A DNA stretch of 64,000 bases, taken from contig OZ244960.1 of NCBI GenBank assembly GCA_965222605.1, forward strand, positions 1,696,001 to 1,760,000. The letters run 5' to 3'. Below, piece after piece: positions 8,559 to 20,998 of the stretch. The DNA is from Candidatus Latescibacterota bacterium (lineage in GTDB: Bacteria; Latescibacterota; UBA2968). Position numbers and translations under genes: made by a program. How positions within the stretch are numbered: position 1 is the first letter of the stretch; every line of letters starts with the position of its first letter. Below the pieces are notes generated by a model that saw only the letters and a list, made by a program, of their open reading frames with translations, was not told the origin of the DNA and did not search any database.

Positions 8559-9854
8559 CTATTCTCCCATCGCCCGGTAAATCGCATCTCGCGTACCTTC
8601 GAGATCAAAACACTCATACTGGTTGTCGTACATCACACGCGACGCAATATGCATAGCCTGTGACTCGGTCAAATAGCCCTCTTCTACTTCTGCTTCGAGG
8701 GTTTTATCAAGCCAGAAACGGGTTTGAAATGCGTAAGCAGCGGCGCTGGTGGGCCAGCGCGTATCGCCGCCAAAAACAAAAAGCTTGTTGATAGGAGCAC
8801 CGTGGATAAATCGGCGGACAAAGTCGCCTGAAGCATAGGGATTGATAGACCAGGCCCAGCACAGATCTGCCCAAACATTTTTGTAGTGCTTGGTCAGCGC
8901 AATGAGTTCATCGCTATAGGGATAGGCAATGTGCATCAGCACAAAGCGGGCGTCGAGATACTTGGCCAAAAGCGCGCAGAGATTGCCAGCTTTGATGCGG
9001 TCAACGGGCATGCGATTATTGCCGGCGTAATAGCCTGTGTGGAGTTTGAAGGGCAAATTGTGTTCAATAGTCAGTTCCACACCGCGTGCCCAGCACCAGT
9101 CGCCAAGGCACAATCGCATGGACTCGGAAACATTGTTATTCGAGCTAAGCGTGGCGTAAAGCGCGCGTTCGACATCGCCGCGAGCGCGCTCTTGCCAATT
9201 GAGGGTGCGATTGTACGCATGTTGGGCTTTAACCGCAATGGCACAAGGCGCGTGTTTCTCAAATATAGCCTCCATCGCCTTCTGAAGAGAATCGAGATCA
9301 ACCACGGTAATACCGGTATCTTCAGCAATGGATTTTTGGTCTATCTGTCCACTGCAAAACCCCGCCCATGAGAGATCGTAAAGAAAAAAGTCGGGACCTG
9401 ATTCGTCGGGAGCGCAAGGCCAGGAAGAATCATCGGTTTGAATATGGTCGAGATTCGCGACTTCGCGCAGCAAATTGTAGCGACCGCCGGGAGTACGCAG
9501 TTCGGTCAGTTTTTCCTGTGCAGGCGCGAGCACATCGGGCGTGAGTTCGTCAAAACCATACACATCGGTGACAATGCGCCGCACAGCCTCGCCATAACCC
9601 GTGTATTGCGTGGCCTCCCACGCCGCGCGAACACCTTCAAAACGCCCGGCAAGATCGGGATCTGAGGCATCTGTGAGACGACTCAGGGCTTCTTGTGATG
9701 CACCGGCCGTAATGAGATCAGCGGGCACATAATTGCCAAAGAGATCCTGTAATACATCGGGGCCATGATCGATCCAGTCAGGCTCCCGACGAAGATGCTC
9801 GTGCGTATCGCACAGCGCGGTTTGTTTGATATGTTCAGACAGATTGGTAGCCAT
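8559..9854 (-). CDS. Amidohydrolase-superfamily protein
   Basis: DTHEH, KLHTG, VLMHIAYPY, FGGD. Confidence 0.85.
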   Translation of the reverse strand: MATNLSEHIKQTALCDTHEHLRREPDWIDHGPDVLQDLFGNYVPADLITAGASQEALSRLTDASDPDLAGRFEGVRAAWEATQYTGYGEAVRRIVTDVYGFDELTPDVLAPAQEKLTELRTPGGRYNLLREVANLDHIQTDDSSWPCAPDESGPDFFLYDLSWAGFCSGQIDQKSIAEDTGITVVDLDSLQKAMEAIFEKHAPCAIAVKAQHAYNRTLNWQERARGDVERALYATLSSNNNVSESMRLCLGDWCWARGVELTIEHNLPFKLHTGYYAGNNRMPVDRIKAGNLCALLAKYLDARFVLMHIAYPYSDELIALTKHYKNVWADLCWAWSINPYASGDFVRRFIHGAPINKLFVFGGDTRWPTSAAAYAFQTRFWLDKTLEAEVEEGYLTESQAMHIASRVMYDNQYECFDLEGTRDAIYRAMGE

Positions 9855-9881
9855 GTTCTTAGTCCTCCCCAACTGATTTTA

Positions 9882-10649
9882 TCATCTCGCAATTTTCAAC
9901 CAATACCCTCCATCCACACTCAACACCGTCCCCGTAATATAGTCGGCAGCATCGGAACAGAGAAACGCGGCGGCATTGGCAATATCTTCGGGCGTACCCA
10001 GACGCTTCCAGGGCAGCGTGGAGGCAGCCTCGCGGATTTGTTCTTCAGTCGCATATTGACGCTCACCGGGCGTGTCGATATACCCGGGCGTAATAACATT
10101 GGCGCGAATGCGGTGATCGGTAAGCTCGTTGGCAATAGTAGCCGACATCTGATTGATCCCCGCCTTCGCCGCATTATAGGGCAACGATGTCGGAAAGGGG
10201 ATATTGGACAAAACAGAACTGATAAAGAGAATCGCACCCCCTTCGCCCTGTTTGACCATCTGGCGAGCGCCAGCTTGAGCCATGTGGAAAGCCCCCCAAA
10301 ACGTGACCTCAAGCGTGCGCCGCGCGCCATCCAATTCCAGATCGAGAAAAGGTTCGCGTTTGCTGTAATACGCATTGGAAACCACAATATCGAGACGCCC
10401 AAATTGCTCAACCGTGGCGGCGACCATCGCATCTACCGCATCGCGGTCAGAGACATCTGCTCCATAGACAAGCGCGTTGGACCCCGCATTGCGAATCTCA
10501 GCAGCGACCTCCTCGGCCTCGTCGGGATGCGTGCGGTAGTTGACCGCGACCTTTGCGCCCGAACACCCCATCCGAAGGGCTATGCCGCGCCCAATACCGC
10601 GCGACGCGCCAGAAATAAGCGCGACCTTTCCATCCAAATTGATATTCAT
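9882..10649 (-). CDS. SDR family oxidoreductase
   Basis: SGASRGIG, YNAAK, ITPGYIDT, VDGG. Confidence 0.92.
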   Translation of the reverse strand: MNINLDGKVALISGASRGIGRGIALRMGCSGAKVAVNYRTHPDEAEEVAAEIRNAGSNALVYGADVSDRDAVDAMVAATVEQFGRLDIVVSNAYYSKREPFLDLELDGARRTLEVTFWGAFHMAQAGARQMVKQGEGGAILFISSVLSNIPFPTSLPYNAAKAGINQMSATIANELTDHRIRANVITPGYIDTPGERQYATEEQIREAASTLPWKRLGTPEDIANAAAFLCSDAADYITGTVLSVDGGYWLKIAR

Positions 10650-11071
10650 AAAGAACTCCTTGGCAGACCGGTCCCCGGCCACTGATCATCACTGGACGTA
10701 ATATCCACAGTGATGCCATCGGGGTCCTCTACTTTGAACGCACCCTCTTCGAGCTTGTCTGCAGCCAAAGGTTCCTTACCGCCCAGACCATCGGAAAAAA
10801 TCTCGTAGCCCATCTCCGTCAAACGCCGTGCTACTGCTTCCAGGTCGGGAACGCGAATACCAATATGCAAATAATCCAGCATCCCGCTGACATGCCCTGG
10901 GCGAGAAGGCCCATTGTGCTGAAAAATGCGAAAATTGTGATATCCATCGGTCAGATCAAAAGATTGACCCCGATCTTGAACAAGACGCAAACCCAGGCCA
11001 TCCCGCCAGAAGCGGATGGTCTCATCGAGATCTGTGGCGCGCACGCCAATATGAACAAGTGTGGTATCCAT
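10646..11071 (-). CDS. VOC (glyoxalase-like) family protein
   Basis: LVHIGVRATDL...FWRDGLGL...HIGIRVPDL...DPDG. Confidence 0.85.
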   Translation of the reverse strand: MDTTLVHIGVRATDLDETIRFWRDGLGLRLVQDRGQSFDLTDGYHNFRIFQHNGPSRPGHVSGMLDYLHIGIRVPDLEAVARRLTEMGYEIFSDGLGGKEPLAADKLEEGAFKVEDPDGITVDITSSDDQWPGTGLPRSSL

Positions 11072-11130
11072 AATAGTATTCCTCCTCTTAAAGTGTAATC
11101 TGCCCAACCCCTCTTAGCCTCTCACCTTTT

Positions 11131-11153
11131 CATCGGTGTTCATCGGTGGTTGC
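11131..11153. repeat. 10-bp-unit short dispersed repeat, copy 2
   Basis: CATCGGTGTT CATCGGTGGT TGC; matches 501-523. Confidence 0.6.
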
Positions 11154-11166
11154 TTTTGACTTTCCC

Positions 11167-12918
11167 TCACCGCTGATCCCACAATTGTCGCATCTCCGCA
11201 CTCGATTTGAGCAACTCGTCCAGCGTCCCCACGCCCTCAATATGACCATTTTTCAGAACGACAATTTGATCTGCGCGGCGAAGTGCGGGACGGCGGTGAG
11301 AAACCACGAGACAGGTAGCCCGGCGATGTTCAAAAACGCGCTGCCAGAGAATGCGCTCGGTTTCTACATCCAGTGCAGAAGACAGATCGTCGAAAACCAA
11401 AAGTTCGGGACCGCGAATAAACATACGGGCGGCAGCAGTGCGCTGAACTTGTCCGCCGGAAAGTTTGACACCGCGCGGCCCAACAACCGTATCCAGGCCG
11501 TCTTCAAGGGTGGGAATATCGGTTTCCATGACGCCATTGTAAAGCGCGTGTTCGAGTGCTTGTGGGTCATTGGGCAATCCCAAAAGGATATTATCGCGCA
11601 GAGACTCGCTGAAAAGACGCGGAACTTGCGGCGTGTAAGCACAGCGTGGAGGCACAAAAAAAGTTTTGGGATCCGCGACTTTTTTACCATTCCAGTAAAT
11701 ATCCCCGCTCGCAAGCGGAAGAACACCGATAAGCGCGCGGATAAGCGTGGTTTTTCCAGAGCCGATTTGTCCAGTAATAACCGTAAACGATCCAGCGGGA
11801 ATGACGAGATCAATATTGTAAATGCCATTTTCAGACTTGGGATAGGTATATGTCATATTGCAAATGGTGAGTGTTTTCAGCCTGTCCGATTCCTCACGGG
11901 ATGGCAAACGCAGTTCGTCGGGTTCTGTATTGAGATAAACATCCGTGTGTTGAGAGATGCGTTCGCGGGGAAGATCTTCAATAGTATAGGCCATTCGAAA
12001 ATAAGAAACTTCGGCGCGCTTGTGATTGGTGAGAATAGTCCCAAGCAAAGAACCGCTTCGGGCAACCTGACCGACATAAGTGGTAAAAAGTGCCATATCG
12101 CCAACCGTGAACGCGCCCGATTTCATTTTTTCCGCCACGAGGATCAGGATAACGCCCGTGGCAATATGACCGAGGTTGAAATTGATGGAACTCAGGATCT
12201 GAGTAAAGAGATTATCTATAAGAGTAGATACGCGGCGCGCATCATTGAGTTGCCGAAAGCGATCAATCACATAGGCTTGCGTGGTGGAAACTTTGACAGC
12301 GAGAATAGATTGAAACATCTCATTGATAAAATTGGTGGAACGCTCTGTTGCAAGGCGCTGCGCGGTGCGGTATTTGTGAATATAATTGCGAGCAAAATCG
12401 ACAACAATAACCACGCATATCGCCGGGATAATCGTGATAAAAGTGATATAGGGATCGATTTTCGACATATAAGAAATGGCGAGTGCTGCAAATACGAGAT
12501 TGCCCCACATATGGATATATCGATCGAGATATTGAATAATGCCCAATACATCGTCTCGAAATCGGTTGGTCACTTCGCCGGAAGCAGTGGAAATTCGCCC
12601 CGGATCTCGAACCTCGAGAATAGCGGTCATAAGATTTTTCCGCAAAAGCGTTTCAATAGCATACCACCAGCGCGGCCAGGCAAAAGCCGAACCGAGAAGG
12701 GAGATGCGGTCGCCAATCTCAACAGCGACAAAAAGCGCGACAAGCGACCAGGCAGTGAACCCCGCCTCGGCCTGACCGGTGAGCGCGTCAAAAAAACCCT
12801 TCATAATAACGCCCGCGAGAAAGGGCGCGACATCGTCAATACCGCGAAAAAATATCGTGGTAAAAAAAAGTCCGGGACGATACTTGAGCAATCGCCATGT
12901 CGTTTGGCCCATCGTCAT
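11167..12918 (-). CDS. ABC exporter, fused permease/ATPase
   Basis: [19 protein letters not shown] (degenerate Walker B). Confidence 0.92.
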   Translation of the reverse strand: MTMGQTTWRLLKYRPGLFFTTIFFRGIDDVAPFLAGVIMKGFFDALTGQAEAGFTAWSLVALFVAVEIGDRISLLGSAFAWPRWWYAIETLLRKNLMTAILEVRDPGRISTASGEVTNRFRDDVLGIIQYLDRYIHMWGNLVFAALAISYMSKIDPYITFITIIPAICVVIVVDFARNYIHKYRTAQRLATERSTNFINEMFQSILAVKVSTTQAYVIDRFRQLNDARRVSTLIDNLFTQILSSINFNLGHIATGVILILVAEKMKSGAFTVGDMALFTTYVGQVARSGSLLGTILTNHKRAEVSYFRMAYTIEDLPRERISQHTDVYLNTEPDELRLPSREESDRLKTLTICNMTYTYPKSENGIYNIDLVIPAGSFTVITGQIGSGKTTLIRALIGVLPLASGDIYWNGKKVADPKTFFVPPRCAYTPQVPRLFSESLRDNILLGLPNDPQALEHALYNGVMETDIPTLEDGLDTVVGPRGVKLSGGQVQRTAAARMFIRGPELLVFDDLSSALDVETERILWQRVFEHRRATCLVVSHRRPALRRADQIVVLKNGHIEGVGTLDELLKSSAEMRQLWDQR

Positions 12919-14723
12919 GCGATAAGTTCCTCCAAACCGGTATTGAGCAGGCGTGAAAACTGCGAGTTTGGATCTGCGACGAGTTCTGTGCGAAGGCCAG
13001 ATTCCCGCACCTGCCCGTCGTCGAGAATGAGGATATTATCCACGCGCTCTACAGTTTCAAGGCGATGCGCAATAATAATACCCGTGCGATCCTGCAACAG
13101 GCGTTCCACTGCAAAATTGATATTCTGCTCGGTTGCGGGATCGAGCCGCGATGAGGGCTCGTCTAAAATGACCAGGCTGGGGTCCTTGAGGAAAACGCGG
13201 GCAAAGGCGAGCAATTGGGCTTCACCGGCCGAGAGGCTACTTGCGGAGAGTTCTGTCTCCAACCCCTCGGAGAGAGACGCATACCATGCACCGAGGCCGA
13301 GGTCGTCGAGTATGGCGACGATTTTTTTGTCCGAAAAATCGGGCCGAAAAAGGGTGAGGTTGTCGCGTACACTCGCGTTGAAAAGTTGCACATCCTGCGT
13401 AACGAGACCGACGTGCTGCCGCAAATCGTCGAGAAAAATGTCCCGGATATTTTGATCACCAATGCGGATTTGTCCACGCTGAATATCGTAAAAGCGAAAG
13501 AGCAAGCGGGTAATGGTGGTCTTGCCACTGCCCGTGCGCCCCAACAGACCGAGGGTTTTGCCCGGGTCGAGAGAAAAGGAAATATCCCGCAAAACCGGAT
13601 CGCCGGGATTGTACGCAAAATGGACATTGTCAAACGCAATGCCCAAAGGCATTACCTCGAGTTTACCAGAAGGAGTAGCTAATTTCTCTTTCCCATCCTG
13701 AATGCGGGTCTGGATACGGTGCAATTCTTCAATGCGTTTGAGGCCAGCGGTGGCGCGTTGTAAATCGTTGATTTGCTGGCTGATTTGAAATAGCGGCTCG
13801 CGCAACATCGACGTGTAGTGAAAAATGAGAAAAACCGCGCCAATTGTAAACGTACCTTCCCGATAAAGCCAGATGCCCATGCCCATTGCAAGCGCGTAAC
13901 CGAGCGCGAACATAATGCCGGTAATGGCACGCAATCCCTCGCTCATAAGCTCAGATTTTTTTACACGGGCAAAAACGCCGTTATTGACCCTGTAAAACCG
14001 ATTCACGGTATAGTCACCCGCGCCATTTGTGCGGATGTCTTCAAGGCCGAGCAATCGCTCTTCGATAAAGCCGTACAAACGCGCATAACTTTCGCGTTCG
14101 GCCGTGTAAATGGGCACGGCAATATTGCGCGTCAGATTAAAAACAATAAAGGCGAGAATCGAAAAAGCGGTCAGAGCTGCGCCCACGCGCCAATCTTCGC
14201 GGAAGACGAGAATGAGGACGCCCAAAAGAAAAAATGAGCTTCCAATAACATGGAGGACAAATTGCGAAAAAAAATTGGAAAGTGCCGTCGTATCGCCGTC
14301 AACGCGCTCGATCATCTCGCCCGGGGTGTGCTCGTGGTGAAAGCCCATATCGAGATTGAGACAGTGGTGTGCGAGCGTATTCCGCATCTGATTCGTTGCG
14401 CGCCAGCCCACGTCTTGGCCGAGATAAGAACTCACAATTTGCACGCCCTGGCGAATAATGCCAATGGCGAGAAAGGCAATACCCGCCCATACCAGATTTT
14501 GCACGGCACCATCTGCCTGCGCCGTATCAATAAAATATCGGATGATCTGGGGATTGAGCAGATTGAGACCAATGCCCGTGAACATGAAAACGCCTAAAAG
14601 AACAACGCGCTTCCAATGAGGGCGGAGATAGTGTATCAGGAGGGAGGCATAATGCCTGAGGGGGACGCGTTCCAAGAGGATTCCCGAAGTAAAAAAAGAA
14701 AAACCGTCGCCCGAATAGATCAA
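12915..14723 (-). CDS. ABC exporter, fused permease/ATPase (heterodimer partner); start uncertain
   Basis: [18 protein letters not shown]; ATGA overlap with the next gene. Confidence 0.92.
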   Translation of the reverse strand: MIYSGDGFSFFTSGILLERVPLRHYASLLIHYLRPHWKRVVLLGVFMFTGIGLNLLNPQIIRYFIDTAQADGAVQNLVWAGIAFLAIGIIRQGVQIVSSYLGQDVGWRATNQMRNTLAHHCLNLDMGFHHEHTPGEMIERVDGDTTALSNFFSQFVLHVIGSSFFLLGVLILVFREDWRVGAALTAFSILAFIVFNLTRNIAVPIYTAERESYARLYGFIEERLLGLEDIRTNGAGDYTVNRFYRVNNGVFARVKKSELMSEGLRAITGIMFALGYALAMGMGIWLYREGTFTIGAVFLIFHYTSMLREPLFQISQQINDLQRATAGLKRIEELHRIQTRIQDGKEKLATPSGKLEVMPLGIAFDNVHFAYNPGDPVLRDISFSLDPGKTLGLLGRTGSGKTTITRLLFRFYDIQRGQIRIGDQNIRDIFLDDLRQHVGLVTQDVQLFNASVRDNLTLFRPDFSDKKIVAILDDLGLGAWYASLSEGLETELSASSLSAGEAQLLAFARVFLKDPSLVILDEPSSRLDPATEQNINFAVERLLQDRTGIIIAHRLETVERVDNILILDDGQVRESGLRTELVADPNSQFSRLLNTGLEELIA

Positions 14724-14808
14724 AGTTCTTGAAAATTACCATGTCGCATGTTAATTTCCAAACGAAATTTGATCACTAACACTATAATCCAACAAAGCAT
14801 CTGGCTCA

Positions 14809-16083
14809 ATGCAACCCAAACTCATCCCCATTCTAAAAAATACGGGTCTCGACATCCATTGGGAAAAATCCGCCGCAACATTCCCCGGCACCCTCCCTTT
14901 TCTGCAACCCGAAGCCATCCGCGAAAACGGCGACTGGGCAAATCTGCCACCCGACGCCATAGACTTCGCAATCCGCACCGCCCAAAAAATCGCCTCTGAT
15001 CCCGACCTCGCGCTTATGGCATGGCATGCCCATCGCCTGCTCTTCATCGACAAAAAGGCAGCCCGCGATTGGCCCCTCCTCTCGTCCATACTCGGCAATT
15101 TCGGCGGCGCCTTTTATCTCCTCATCGCGCTCTCGGGCATTCCACGACTCCGCACATACCACCAATCGCGCAACATCCCCGAACACATCACCCGCCTCAC
15201 CTGCCGCGATACGTACGTATGGGCGCAACAATACCACGACATTGGCGTTTCCAAAAACGATCGTTTCTTTCACCCCGGCGACCCCGGCGCATGGGGGCTA
15301 TGCACGCGCATCTTGCCCTGGCTGCTCGGCCATCTCAACGGCGACCTCTACCGCATAGGACGCTTGCAATATAAAATTGGACCTTTTCGCCAAAAAATGC
15401 GCGCGTACCGCCATCGCACCTCTGCATATCTGTGTCTCCTGTGCGAATCGGGCTTGGAATTTCGCACCGACGGCAACTTCAATGGCGCGGGCGGATGTGA
15501 AGATCCGCATGCATGGACATCTGAACTCACCGAAACCTCGACCCATATTATCGGCAATCCCATTCACCCCAACGGCCATGCACAACGCCAGCCGGTCAGC
15601 CTCTCGCGTTCTCACTGGGATTGCGTCCTCACCGAAGATGATCCCATCCTCGAAATTCACATCCCCGAAGACGGACCAATGGGATTTGAAAATTGCGGCG
15701 ACTCCCTCCGCCATGTCGCCGATTTTTTTCCCAAACACTTCCCCGACCGCCCCTTCAAAGCGATCTGTTGCACATCCTGGTTGCTCGACCCCACATACCA
15801 GCACTTGCTCGCCAAAAATTCCAACATCGCTCGCTTCCAGCGCGAATGTTACCTCTTCCCACTCAACTCACGCAGCAGACACAGTGGCCTCGAACGCATC
15901 TTCGGCCCCTATGTCCACGACCTCTCCACAGCCCCACGCGACAGCAGCATGAGAGCCGCAGTACTCGATCACATCGACAACGGCGGCGCACTCATCAGCG
16001 GCGGCGGCCTCCTCTGGACAGACCACCTCGACAAATGGGGCACCCAATTTTATCTCCACTACTCTCCCATTCCCCAAAGTTGA
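14809..16083 (+). CDS. DUF5596 / GNAT-like acyltransferase-domain protein
   Basis: [34 protein letters not shown]. Confidence 0.7.
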   Translation: MQPKLIPILKNTGLDIHWEKSAATFPGTLPFLQPEAIRENGDWANLPPDAIDFAIRTAQKIASDPDLALMAWHAHRLLFIDKKAARDWPLLSSILGNFGGAFYLLIALSGIPRLRTYHQSRNIPEHITRLTCRDTYVWAQQYHDIGVSKNDRFFHPGDPGAWGLCTRILPWLLGHLNGDLYRIGRLQYKIGPFRQKMRAYRHRTSAYLCLLCESGLEFRTDGNFNGAGGCEDPHAWTSELTETSTHIIGNPIHPNGHAQRQPVSLSRSHWDCVLTEDDPILEIHIPEDGPMGFENCGDSLRHVADFFPKHFPDRPFKAICCTSWLLDPTYQHLLAKNSNIARFQRECYLFPLNSRSRHSGLERIFGPYVHDLSTAPRDSSMRAAVLDHIDNGGALISGGGLLWTDHLDKWGTQFYLHYSPIPQS

Positions 16084-16174
16084 CATCTTCCCAACCGCAC
16101 ATTACCTTTTTCCCCAGCCTCCGTTATTTTATCCCCTGCTCTCAATACAAAACATCTTCATAAGGAGTTTCACA

Positions 16175-17836
16175 ATGACCTACCAACTTCCCGAACTCGC
16201 CGAACCCGAAGCACTTGAAAAGAACGAAGTCGTACTCATCGCCAACGGCGACCTGCGCTTATCTGCCAACCAGATGTGCTGGCCCGCACAAGAAGCAATG
16301 GAAAAAACCATTATAGCCGCAATCCAACGCGAAGGATGGAAAGTCCGTCGCGGACACCCATATAAAAAAGACGAGGAACACGGCTTTATCGGATCGCAAA
16401 AAGAGGGCATGCAAGTCTTCAAAAATATTCACCCCAACGCCCCCCTCATCGTGGCCGAAGCCGTCTGGCAATACAGCCACCATGTGCTTCACGGCCTGAT
16501 CTCACACCGCGGTCCCATCCTCACCCTTGCAAACTGGTCCGGGCAATGGCCCGGCCTCGTCGGCATGCTCAACCTCAACGGCTCCCTCACCAAAGCCGGC
16601 GTTGAATATAGCACCCTGTGGAGCCTGGACTTTACCGACGACTTCTTCAAACGCGGCCTGCGCGAATGGCTCGCCAGCGGCAGCGTCACCCACGATACCT
16701 CTCATGTGCGCGACGCCAACACCTTTCGCCTGCCCGAAGCCGAAGCCCAACTCGGACAGGCACTCGCCGCACAACTCCAGCGCGAAAAAGCTATTATGGG
16801 CGTCTTTGACGAAGGCTGCATGGGCATGTTTAACGCCATCATCCCCGACCACTTGCTCAATCCCACAGGCGTCTTCAAAGAACGCCTCTCACAATCTGCT
16901 CTCTGGGCAGAAATGCAAACCGTCACAGATGCAGAAGCAAGTGCTGTTCGCGCCTGGCTCGAGCGCAAGGGCCTCACCTTTGTCACCGGCACAAACGCCA
17001 CCGATGAACTCACCGACGACCAGATCGCTATGCAATGCAAAATGTACATTGCCGCCGTACGCATTGCCGATGATTTTGGTTGCGCCACCATTGGCATTCA
17101 ATATCAACAGGGCCTCAAAGACCTGTGCCCGGCATCTGATCTGGTCGAAGGCATTCTCAACAACGCAGATCGCCCCCCGGTCAAAGCGCGCGCCAATGGC
17201 CAGGTACTCTACGAAGGCGAGGCACTCCCGCATTTTAACGAAGTCGATGAATGCGCGGGCCTCGATGGTCTGATCACCAACCGCATCTGGAAAGCTTTGG
17301 GACAGCCACCCGAAAACACCTTGCACGACCTGCGCTGGGGCGAACACTATCGGGGAAATGGCATTGACGACTACGTATGGGTCTTCCTCATCTCTGGCGG
17401 CGCACCTCCTGCACACTATATCGACGGCTACAAAGGCACCTCTTCAGAACGCCAGCCCAACATGTATTTCCCACTCGGCGGCGGCACCTGCAAAGGCGTG
17501 AGCAAACCCGGCGAAATCGTCTGGAGCCGTATCTTCGTCCAAAATGACGAACTGCACATGGACATTGGTCGCGGTGGCGTCGTCGAACTTCCTCAACGAG
17601 AAACCGACCGCCGCTGGCAAGCCACCACTCCGCAGTGGCCCATTATGCACGCCGTCACCTATGGGATCTCCCGCGACCAGATGATGGCTCGCCACAAAGC
17701 CAACCACATCCAGGTCGCTTATGCCGAATCTGCACAGGCCGCCAACAACGCGCTGGCCGTAAAAATTGCCCTGATGCAAGCATTGGGCGTCAAAGTCCAT
17801 CTATGTGGCACAACTAACGGATTGGTGGTTAAATGA
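16175..17836 (+). CDS. L-fucose isomerase-like protein
   Basis: [35 protein letters not shown]; AAGGAG RBS. Confidence 0.8.
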   Translation: MTYQLPELAEPEALEKNEVVLIANGDLRLSANQMCWPAQEAMEKTIIAAIQREGWKVRRGHPYKKDEEHGFIGSQKEGMQVFKNIHPNAPLIVAEAVWQYSHHVLHGLISHRGPILTLANWSGQWPGLVGMLNLNGSLTKAGVEYSTLWSLDFTDDFFKRGLREWLASGSVTHDTSHVRDANTFRLPEAEAQLGQALAAQLQREKAIMGVFDEGCMGMFNAIIPDHLLNPTGVFKERLSQSALWAEMQTVTDAEASAVRAWLERKGLTFVTGTNATDELTDDQIAMQCKMYIAAVRIADDFGCATIGIQYQQGLKDLCPASDLVEGILNNADRPPVKARANGQVLYEGEALPHFNEVDECAGLDGLITNRIWKALGQPPENTLHDLRWGEHYRGNGIDDYVWVFLISGGAPPAHYIDGYKGTSSERQPNMYFPLGGGTCKGVSKPGEIVWSRIFVQNDELHMDIGRGGVVELPQRETDRRWQATTPQWPIMHAVTYGISRDQMMARHKANHIQVAYAESAQAANNALAVKIALMQALGVKVHLCGTTNGLVVK

Positions 17837-18843
17837 ACCGTGTTCGTATTGGCGTTATCGGCGTGGGCAATATCGCTCGCAATTACCATTTACCCCCTGT
17901 ACACGCACTCCCGAATGCCGAACTCGTCGCCGTTGCAGACCTCGACGAATCGCTGAGATTAAAAGCACAGAAACAGTTCGGCTTTCGCGATGCGTACACC
18001 GATTACCGCCGTATTTTAGACCGCGACGACATTCACGCCATCATGCTCCTCACCCGCGTGAATACACACACCGAAATCATTCCTGCAGCCCTCGAAGCGG
18101 GCAAACACGTCTTCACCCAAAAGCCCTTTGCACTGACAAATGAAGACGCTGAATTTCTTGCTCAGGCAGCCAGACGCACGGGCAATCGCCTTGTCTGCAG
18201 CTTCATGCATCGCTACTTTCCGCATACCCAGGGGGCGCGTCGAATCCTGCAGGAAGGCAAAATCGGCCGACTTGAAATGGTGCGCCATCGCAACTGTATT
18301 GGCAGTCACTACGACAACGCCGTCCGTTTGTGGGGTGGTGTCCTCGACATTGGTACACATGGCATAGACGTCATCCGGTATCTCACCGAACAGGACGTTG
18401 TCAAAGTACAGGCCATGATGGATCCGTATCTCACCAATGCAAACCTGCCGATAGACCCCACCATCAACCGCCCCAATGAAACCGTGGCCATCATGAATTT
18501 TGAAATGTCCGGCGGCACCCTCGTCACCTTTGAAATGCACTGGACCCAACGCGGTGGCGCAGGAGCCTATTATGCCGAACACTACGGCGATGGAGGCTCG
18601 ATGTTCATCAAACATCCCATTGCGCCAGCAGCCCTCGTTTACACCCAGGGCCGCAAAGGCGACTGGATCCAACCGAACCTCGAACAACATCCCAAAGGCC
18701 ACCTGCACCACAAAACCTTCATAGACGACATCCTCAACAACACCTGTGAAAGTGCCACTCCCGAAGACGCCCTGGCCACCGTAAAAATTATCAACGCCGC
18801 TTACGAAGCGGCACAAACTGGAAAAACAATTACCGTAGGCTAA
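17833..18843 (+). CDS. Gfo/Idh/MocA oxidoreductase
   Basis: [28 protein letters not shown]. Confidence 0.92.
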   Translation: MNRVRIGVIGVGNIARNYHLPPVHALPNAELVAVADLDESLRLKAQKQFGFRDAYTDYRRILDRDDIHAIMLLTRVNTHTEIIPAALEAGKHVFTQKPFALTNEDAEFLAQAARRTGNRLVCSFMHRYFPHTQGARRILQEGKIGRLEMVRHRNCIGSHYDNAVRLWGGVLDIGTHGIDVIRYLTEQDVVKVQAMMDPYLTNANLPIDPTINRPNETVAIMNFEMSGGTLVTFEMHWTQRGGAGAYYAEHYGDGGSMFIKHPIAPAALVYTQGRKGDWIQPNLEQHPKGHLHHKTFIDDILNNTCESATPEDALATVKIINAAYEAAQTGKTITVG

Positions 18844-18860
18844 AAAAAGGACACATTGCC

Positions 18861-19790
18861 ATGAGAATCGCGCTCGTCATCCGCCCGTTCACCAATGAAA
18901 ACCTCCAGACCGCGCTTCAAATGGGCGTGGAAGACATCGTAACGGTCTTACCCAATGCTGGTCCCGTCTGGGATTACCTCGCCATCTTGCGCCACAAAAA
19001 ACGCATTGAAGACCAGGGCTTACGCTGGTCTGTTGTCGAATCTGTTCCCATCTCAGACACCATCAAACTGGGTCTTGAGGGTCGCGACAAAGAAATCGAC
19101 CAATACTGTCAGACCATTCGCAACCTCGGCGCAGCGGGCATTCCCGTGATGTGTTACAATTGGATGACCATCTTTGACTGGATGCGCACATCTATGACCA
19201 CCCGCACGCGCGGCGGTGCCCTGGCCAGTACTTACGATCACAGCGATATGGAAAACGCGCCACCCATCACCGACTATGGCGACATCACCGAAGAACGCCT
19301 CTGGGAAAACCTCGAATACTTTCTCAAAAAAGTTATTCCCGTTGCCGAAGAAGCCGGCGTCAAACAGGGCTTGCACCCCGACGACCCACCCCTCTCGCCC
19401 ATTCGCGGTGTTGCCCGCATCATCACCAGCCCCGAAGCCTATGATCGCGTCATCTCTTTCATTCCCAGTGAATACAATGGCCTCACCTATTGCCAGGGCA
19501 ACTTCAAAGCCATGGGTGCCGACATTCCAGCCACCATACACCACTTCAAAGACCACATTCACTTCGCCCACTTCCGCGATCTTCACGGCCAGGTACCCAC
19601 CTTCTCCGAATCCTTTCACGACGACGGCGACACCGACATGGCAGAGGCTATTCGCGCTTACAAAGCAATCGGATTTAAGGGCGTCACGCCCACGTTTGCA
19701 ATTGACGAGGAGGATGTAGGAGGCTACAACTTCCTCGGACGGCTCTATGCGGTCGGTTACATGCGCGGGCTTATACATGGGACAGAGTAA
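18861..19790 (+). CDS. uxuA: Mannonate dehydratase lacking the RPDH motif
   Basis: CYNWM, LHPDDPP, TYCQG, HFAHFRD, GRLYAVGYMRGL. Confidence 0.85.
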   Translation: MRIALVIRPFTNENLQTALQMGVEDIVTVLPNAGPVWDYLAILRHKKRIEDQGLRWSVVESVPISDTIKLGLEGRDKEIDQYCQTIRNLGAAGIPVMCYNWMTIFDWMRTSMTTRTRGGALASTYDHSDMENAPPITDYGDITEERLWENLEYFLKKVIPVAEEAGVKQGLHPDDPPLSPIRGVARIITSPEAYDRVISFIPSEYNGLTYCQGNFKAMGADIPATIHHFKDHIHFAHFRDLHGQVPTFSESFHDDGDTDMAEAIRAYKAIGFKGVTPTFAIDEEDVGGYNFLGRLYAVGYMRGLIHGTE

Positions 19791-19809
19791 AAATCCAAAA
19801 ATTGAAAAT

Positions 19810-19843
19810 AAAAAAAGGCTGCGATCTTTCGACCGCAGCCTTT
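19810..19843. terminator. Bidirectional intrinsic terminator
   Basis: AAAGGCTGCG...CGCAGCCTTT between convergent genes, A-tract on the left. Confidence 0.8.
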
Positions 19844-19864
19844 AGTGTATCCGGTGGGAGCTTC

Positions 19865-20920
19865 TTAAAACCCAAGCCCAACAGTCAACCAGTGATTATC
19901 CTGAAAGAACTCGGTTTTGCCATAGGCATAATCCACCTGAAAACCCATATTGCCCATGGGCACATTGAGACCAAAGCCAAACGTCGGGCCGAGAATATAT
20001 TCCTTCTTAAACCCATTTGGCAGGGCATCACCCGTTGGAGAGGTCACATATCCACCGCGCAACTGAAGTATTTGCTTCATCGAATACTCAACGCCAGCCT
20101 GATACTCGTCAGTCGCCAGATTGTTATTGCGGAAGGTAGCGGAAAAAGTAGCTTTGCCCAGCGCGTCTTCGTAGAAATTATAGGAAAAACCGATTTCTAT
20201 GGACGTGGGCAACTCAGCAGTCGCCAGTGCCGTGCGGAAAGTGCGCGATCCGGCTTGAGGATCAGCCTCTGGGACCGCGTCTTGCAATCTCACCACCCGA
20301 TCCAGATCCGGACCATCAAACCGCAGGTCTGGACCAAAATTTTGCATGGCAATACCCAGCGTCAAACCTTTTAGTGCGGTTTTATATTGGAAACCAAAGT
20401 CAAACGCCAGACCATTGGCGACCTCTCGCTTAATCCCCTCGTGGATATACTTGATCGTGGTGCCAAATGACACGCGGTCTGTCAACAATTGTGAATACGT
20501 AAATGTCACGCACGAAAACCTCGGAGAGAGTATCTCGCCCGTGCCTTCGGGCGCTTCCTCGGTGGTCACAACAATATCGCCCACCGCAAACACGCGGGCA
20601 CTAATCCCCACCGAAATATCATCGCGCAGACGCGTAGTAATCGCAAAATAATTCACATTCATATCCGCGATATAATCCAGATATGAAAACACGGCTTCGC
20701 GCTTGTGCGTTCCAAATACCAATCCCGAAGGATTCCACTGCAATGCCTCCGCGCCTTTTACATGGGCCAGTATAGCCCCTCCAAGTGCTGTACCGCGCGA
20801 TCCAATTGGAATACGCAACTCTTGTGCCGCGGCTGTGCCGATGCGGCTCTTATCGCCTGCACGAGCATCCTGAGCAATCAATGCCAGCGCGGCAAACAGA
20901 AAAATCATCTGTCTGAACAT
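19865..20920 (-). CDS. PorV/PorQ-family outer-membrane protein
   Basis: GTAAAQELRIPIGSRGTALGGA...WNPSGL, C-terminal VGLGF. Confidence 0.85.
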   Translation of the reverse strand: MFRQMIFLFAALALIAQDARAGDKSRIGTAAAQELRIPIGSRGTALGGAILAHVKGAEALQWNPSGLVFGTHKREAVFSYLDYIADMNVNYFAITTRLRDDISVGISARVFAVGDIVVTTEEAPEGTGEILSPRFSCVTFTYSQLLTDRVSFGTTIKYIHEGIKREVANGLAFDFGFQYKTALKGLTLGIAMQNFGPDLRFDGPDLDRVVRLQDAVPEADPQAGSRTFRTALATAELPTSIEIGFSYNFYEDALGKATFSATFRNNNLATDEYQAGVEYSMKQILQLRGGYVTSPTGDALPNGFKKEYILGPTFGFGLNVPMGNMGFQVDYAYGKTEFFQDNHWLTVGLGF

Positions 20921-20941
20921 AAGTTATTCCTCCATAAGCCA

Positions 20942-20989
20942 GAATCTGTGTACAACTGGTGAACAGCTAAAGCAGTTGTACACCGACTC
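20942..20989 (-). other. Intercistronic stem-loop without a U-tract
   Basis: GTGTACAACTG...CAGTTGTACAC perfect 11 bp, extendable with G-U on the minus strand. Confidence 0.65.
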
Positions 20990-20998
20990 AGCAGGTCG

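Noticed and set aside
11146-13455. 769-aa + strand ORF
   Set aside because: Antisense shadow of two well-supported ABC transporter genes; no recognisable motifs or RBS
14690-14749. 9-aa u[12 protein letters not shown] plus U-tract before the ABC exporter, as an attenuator
   Set aside because: Weak RBS and no convincing hairpin before the U-tract
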